A stretch of DNA of 32,000 bases. Origin: Wolbachia endosymbiont of Drosophila innubila (GTDB lineage: Bacteria > Pseudomonadota > Alphaproteobacteria > Rickettsiales > Anaplasmataceae). The DNA lies in NCBI RefSeq assembly GCF_021378375.1, contig NZ_CP076228.1, positions 510,001 to 542,000 of the forward strand. The letters run 5' to 3'. The stretch's first letter is position 1, and every line of letters starts with the position of its first letter. Positions 30,600 through 32,000 of the stretch are shown here, in pieces. The notes beneath the pieces were generated by a model. The model saw nothing but the letters and a program-made list of their open reading frames with translations. It was not told the DNA's origin and made no database searches. The position numbers were made by a program, and so were the translations under genes.

Positions 30600-32000
30600 A
30601 TGGATATTTATTGTTCACAAAGAAATGGACATTATAAATTATTAGGGAAGAAAGAACAATTAAGAACTCAACTCCTATCAAATATAAGGTCATGTCTTTC
30701 TTATTTACTGCCAAGAGGAACTTTTCGTGGTGATAAGTTCTATGTAGGTGATCTACAAGGCAATAAAGGACAAAGTATGATAGTGGAGTTAACTGGCAGT
30801 AAAGCCGGATTATGGCATGATTTTTCTACCGAAGAAGGAGGAGATATTTTTGATCTTTGGGCTGCTGTTACTGGAAAAAATCAATTTACTGATACGATAG
30901 AAGATATTGCTAAGTGGATTGGTTATTCGGAAAAAAATAACACTCTGGGGCAACCAACGGCATCATGGAACTATTACGATGAAAGTGATCAAGTGATTGT
31001 TACAGTTTATCGTTATAACACTGATTCAGGAAAAAGATATCTTCCTTTTGATGTAAAAAGGTCTAGTTTTACTCTACCAGAGACCAGGCCTTTATATAAT
31101 ATTCCAGGTATCGTGAAATCTGATAAGGTGATTTTAGTTGAAGGTGAAAAGTGTGCAGATGCTCTGATAGAGCAAGGTATGACTGCCACAACTGCAATGT
31201 TAGGAGCAAATGCACCAATAGAAAAAACAGACTGGTCACCACTTAAGGGCAAGCATGTTATTATTTGGCCAGACAATGATGAACCAGGTAAACAATATGC
31301 TGAGAAAGTTGTGAAAAAGCTTACTTTTCTTAGTGTTTTATCACTTACTCTTCTTGAAATACCGGAGAATAAACCAAAGGGATGGGATTCAGCTGATGGT
31401 ATAGAAGAAAAGATGAATATTCCTGAATTCATTGAAAATAACTCGAAAAAAATCATCGTTAAGCAATTGCTTAATATTCAAGAATGGAGCGTAGAACGTT
31501 TTATAGGTCCAGTACCGGAGCAAAAGTTTCTTGTTGAAGGGTTATTTCCTTTAGGAGTGACATCTATTCTAGCTGCAATGGGAGATACTGGTAAAGGTAT
31601 GCTTCTGCTTGATTTAGCACTGAAAGTTGCGAGTAGAAAAGATCAGCCATGTGGTTTTGGTCCTTTAGTTACTGAACATGGATCTGTTGTAATATTCTCT
31701 GCAGAAGATGATATGAGTGAAATACATCGTCGTTTAGAGCGTCTTGACTCACAATGCGAGAGATTAAAATATAAGGATAGGCTCTTTATTGTACCATTAC
31801 CAAATGTTAGTGGATCACTTACAATCATAAAGAGTGTTTCAGGTAAAGTTATAGAGACTTCTCCTGAATTTGAATTGATAACAAAACAACTTAATAAAAT
31901 AAAAAACTTAAAATTAATCGTATTTGATCCACTTGCATCATTTGTGCACGCTGATTTAAATACTGACCCAGCCGTAGGCGATTATTTGATGTCTTTATTA
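30600..32000 (+). CDS. Toprim DNA primase fused to RepA/DnaB-like (AAA_25) helicase domain; partial, continues past the window end
   Basis: This frame is not in the supplied track. It runs 467 codons from ATG 30600 with no stop. Toprim motifs are VILVEGEKCADAL and IIWPDNDEPGKQYA. Walker A is AAMGDTGKGM and Walker B is LIVFDPL. Confidence 0.8.
   Translation, partial: MDIYCSQRNGHYKLLGKKEQLRTQLLSNIRSCLSYLLPRGTFRGDKFYVGDLQGNKGQSMIVELTGSKAGLWHDFSTEEGGDIFDLWAAVTGKNQFTDTIEDIAKWIGYSEKNNTLGQPTASWNYYDESDQVIVTVYRYNTDSGKRYLPFDVKRSSFTLPETRPLYNIPGIVKSDKVILVEGEKCADALIEQGMTATTAMLGANAPIEKTDWSPLKGKHVIIWPDNDEPGKQYAEKVVKKLTFLSVLSLTLLEIPENKPKGWDSADGIEEKMNIPEFIENNSKKIIVKQLLNIQEWSVERFIGPVPEQKFLVEGLFPLGVTSILAAMGDTGKGMLLLDLALKVASRKDQPCGFGPLVTEHGSVVIFSAEDDMSEIHRRLERLDSQCERLKYKDRLFIVPLPNVSGSLTIIKSVSGKVIETSPEFELITKQLNKIKNLKLIVFDPLASFVHADLNTDPAVGDYLMSLL

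Overview
AT-rich, tightly packed window that looks like a Wolbachia-type (Rickettsiales) endosymbiont chromosome; the taxon is inferred from gene content only, since no search could be run. It has two parts. (1) Positions 1-15.5 kb are a housekeeping backbone: rmuC, an AEC permease, an MFS Bcr/CflA-type transporter, prfA, engB, an argB-like kinase, dut, nusB, ribH, yidC, a retropepsin-like protease and secF. This backbone is interrupted by three decayed insertion sequences (IS256-, IS3- and IS5-family) and by clusters of short hairpin-forming palindromic repeats. (2) Positions 15.7-32 kb (continuing past the right edge) are a WO-like, lambdoid prophage fragment. On the minus strand lies a packaging/head operon: small terminase-like HTH protein, an ankyrin-repeat membrane protein, large terminase, gpW, portal, and an S49 head protease (minor capsid protein C). 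On the plus strand lies a divergent regulation/replication module: sigma factor, AAA_24 ATPase, RepA-like ATPases, a DUF669-like protein and a Toprim primase-helicase. The main observations are as follows. A roughly 1.9 kb group II intron (5' GUGCG, textbook domain V, frameshifted RT/maturase) sits in the head-protease gene at the very edge of the prophage, and the head module stops there against secF with no major capsid or tail genes. A roughly 50 bp inverted-repeat pair brackets the sigma-factor cassette, and each copy faces outward just upstream of a divergent phage operon. The enzymatic genes of the phage are broken by small lesions (two in-frame TAA codons, frameshifts in short A-runs, a probable ATG>ACG start loss), while the packaging genes stay open. 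The replication module holds three tandem paralogous RepA-like ATPase modules with stepwise domain loss and one chimeric gene start. The last gene (30600 to beyond 32000, + strand) is absent from the ORF track because it has no stop in the window. No rRNA, tRNA or CRISPR array was recognised.
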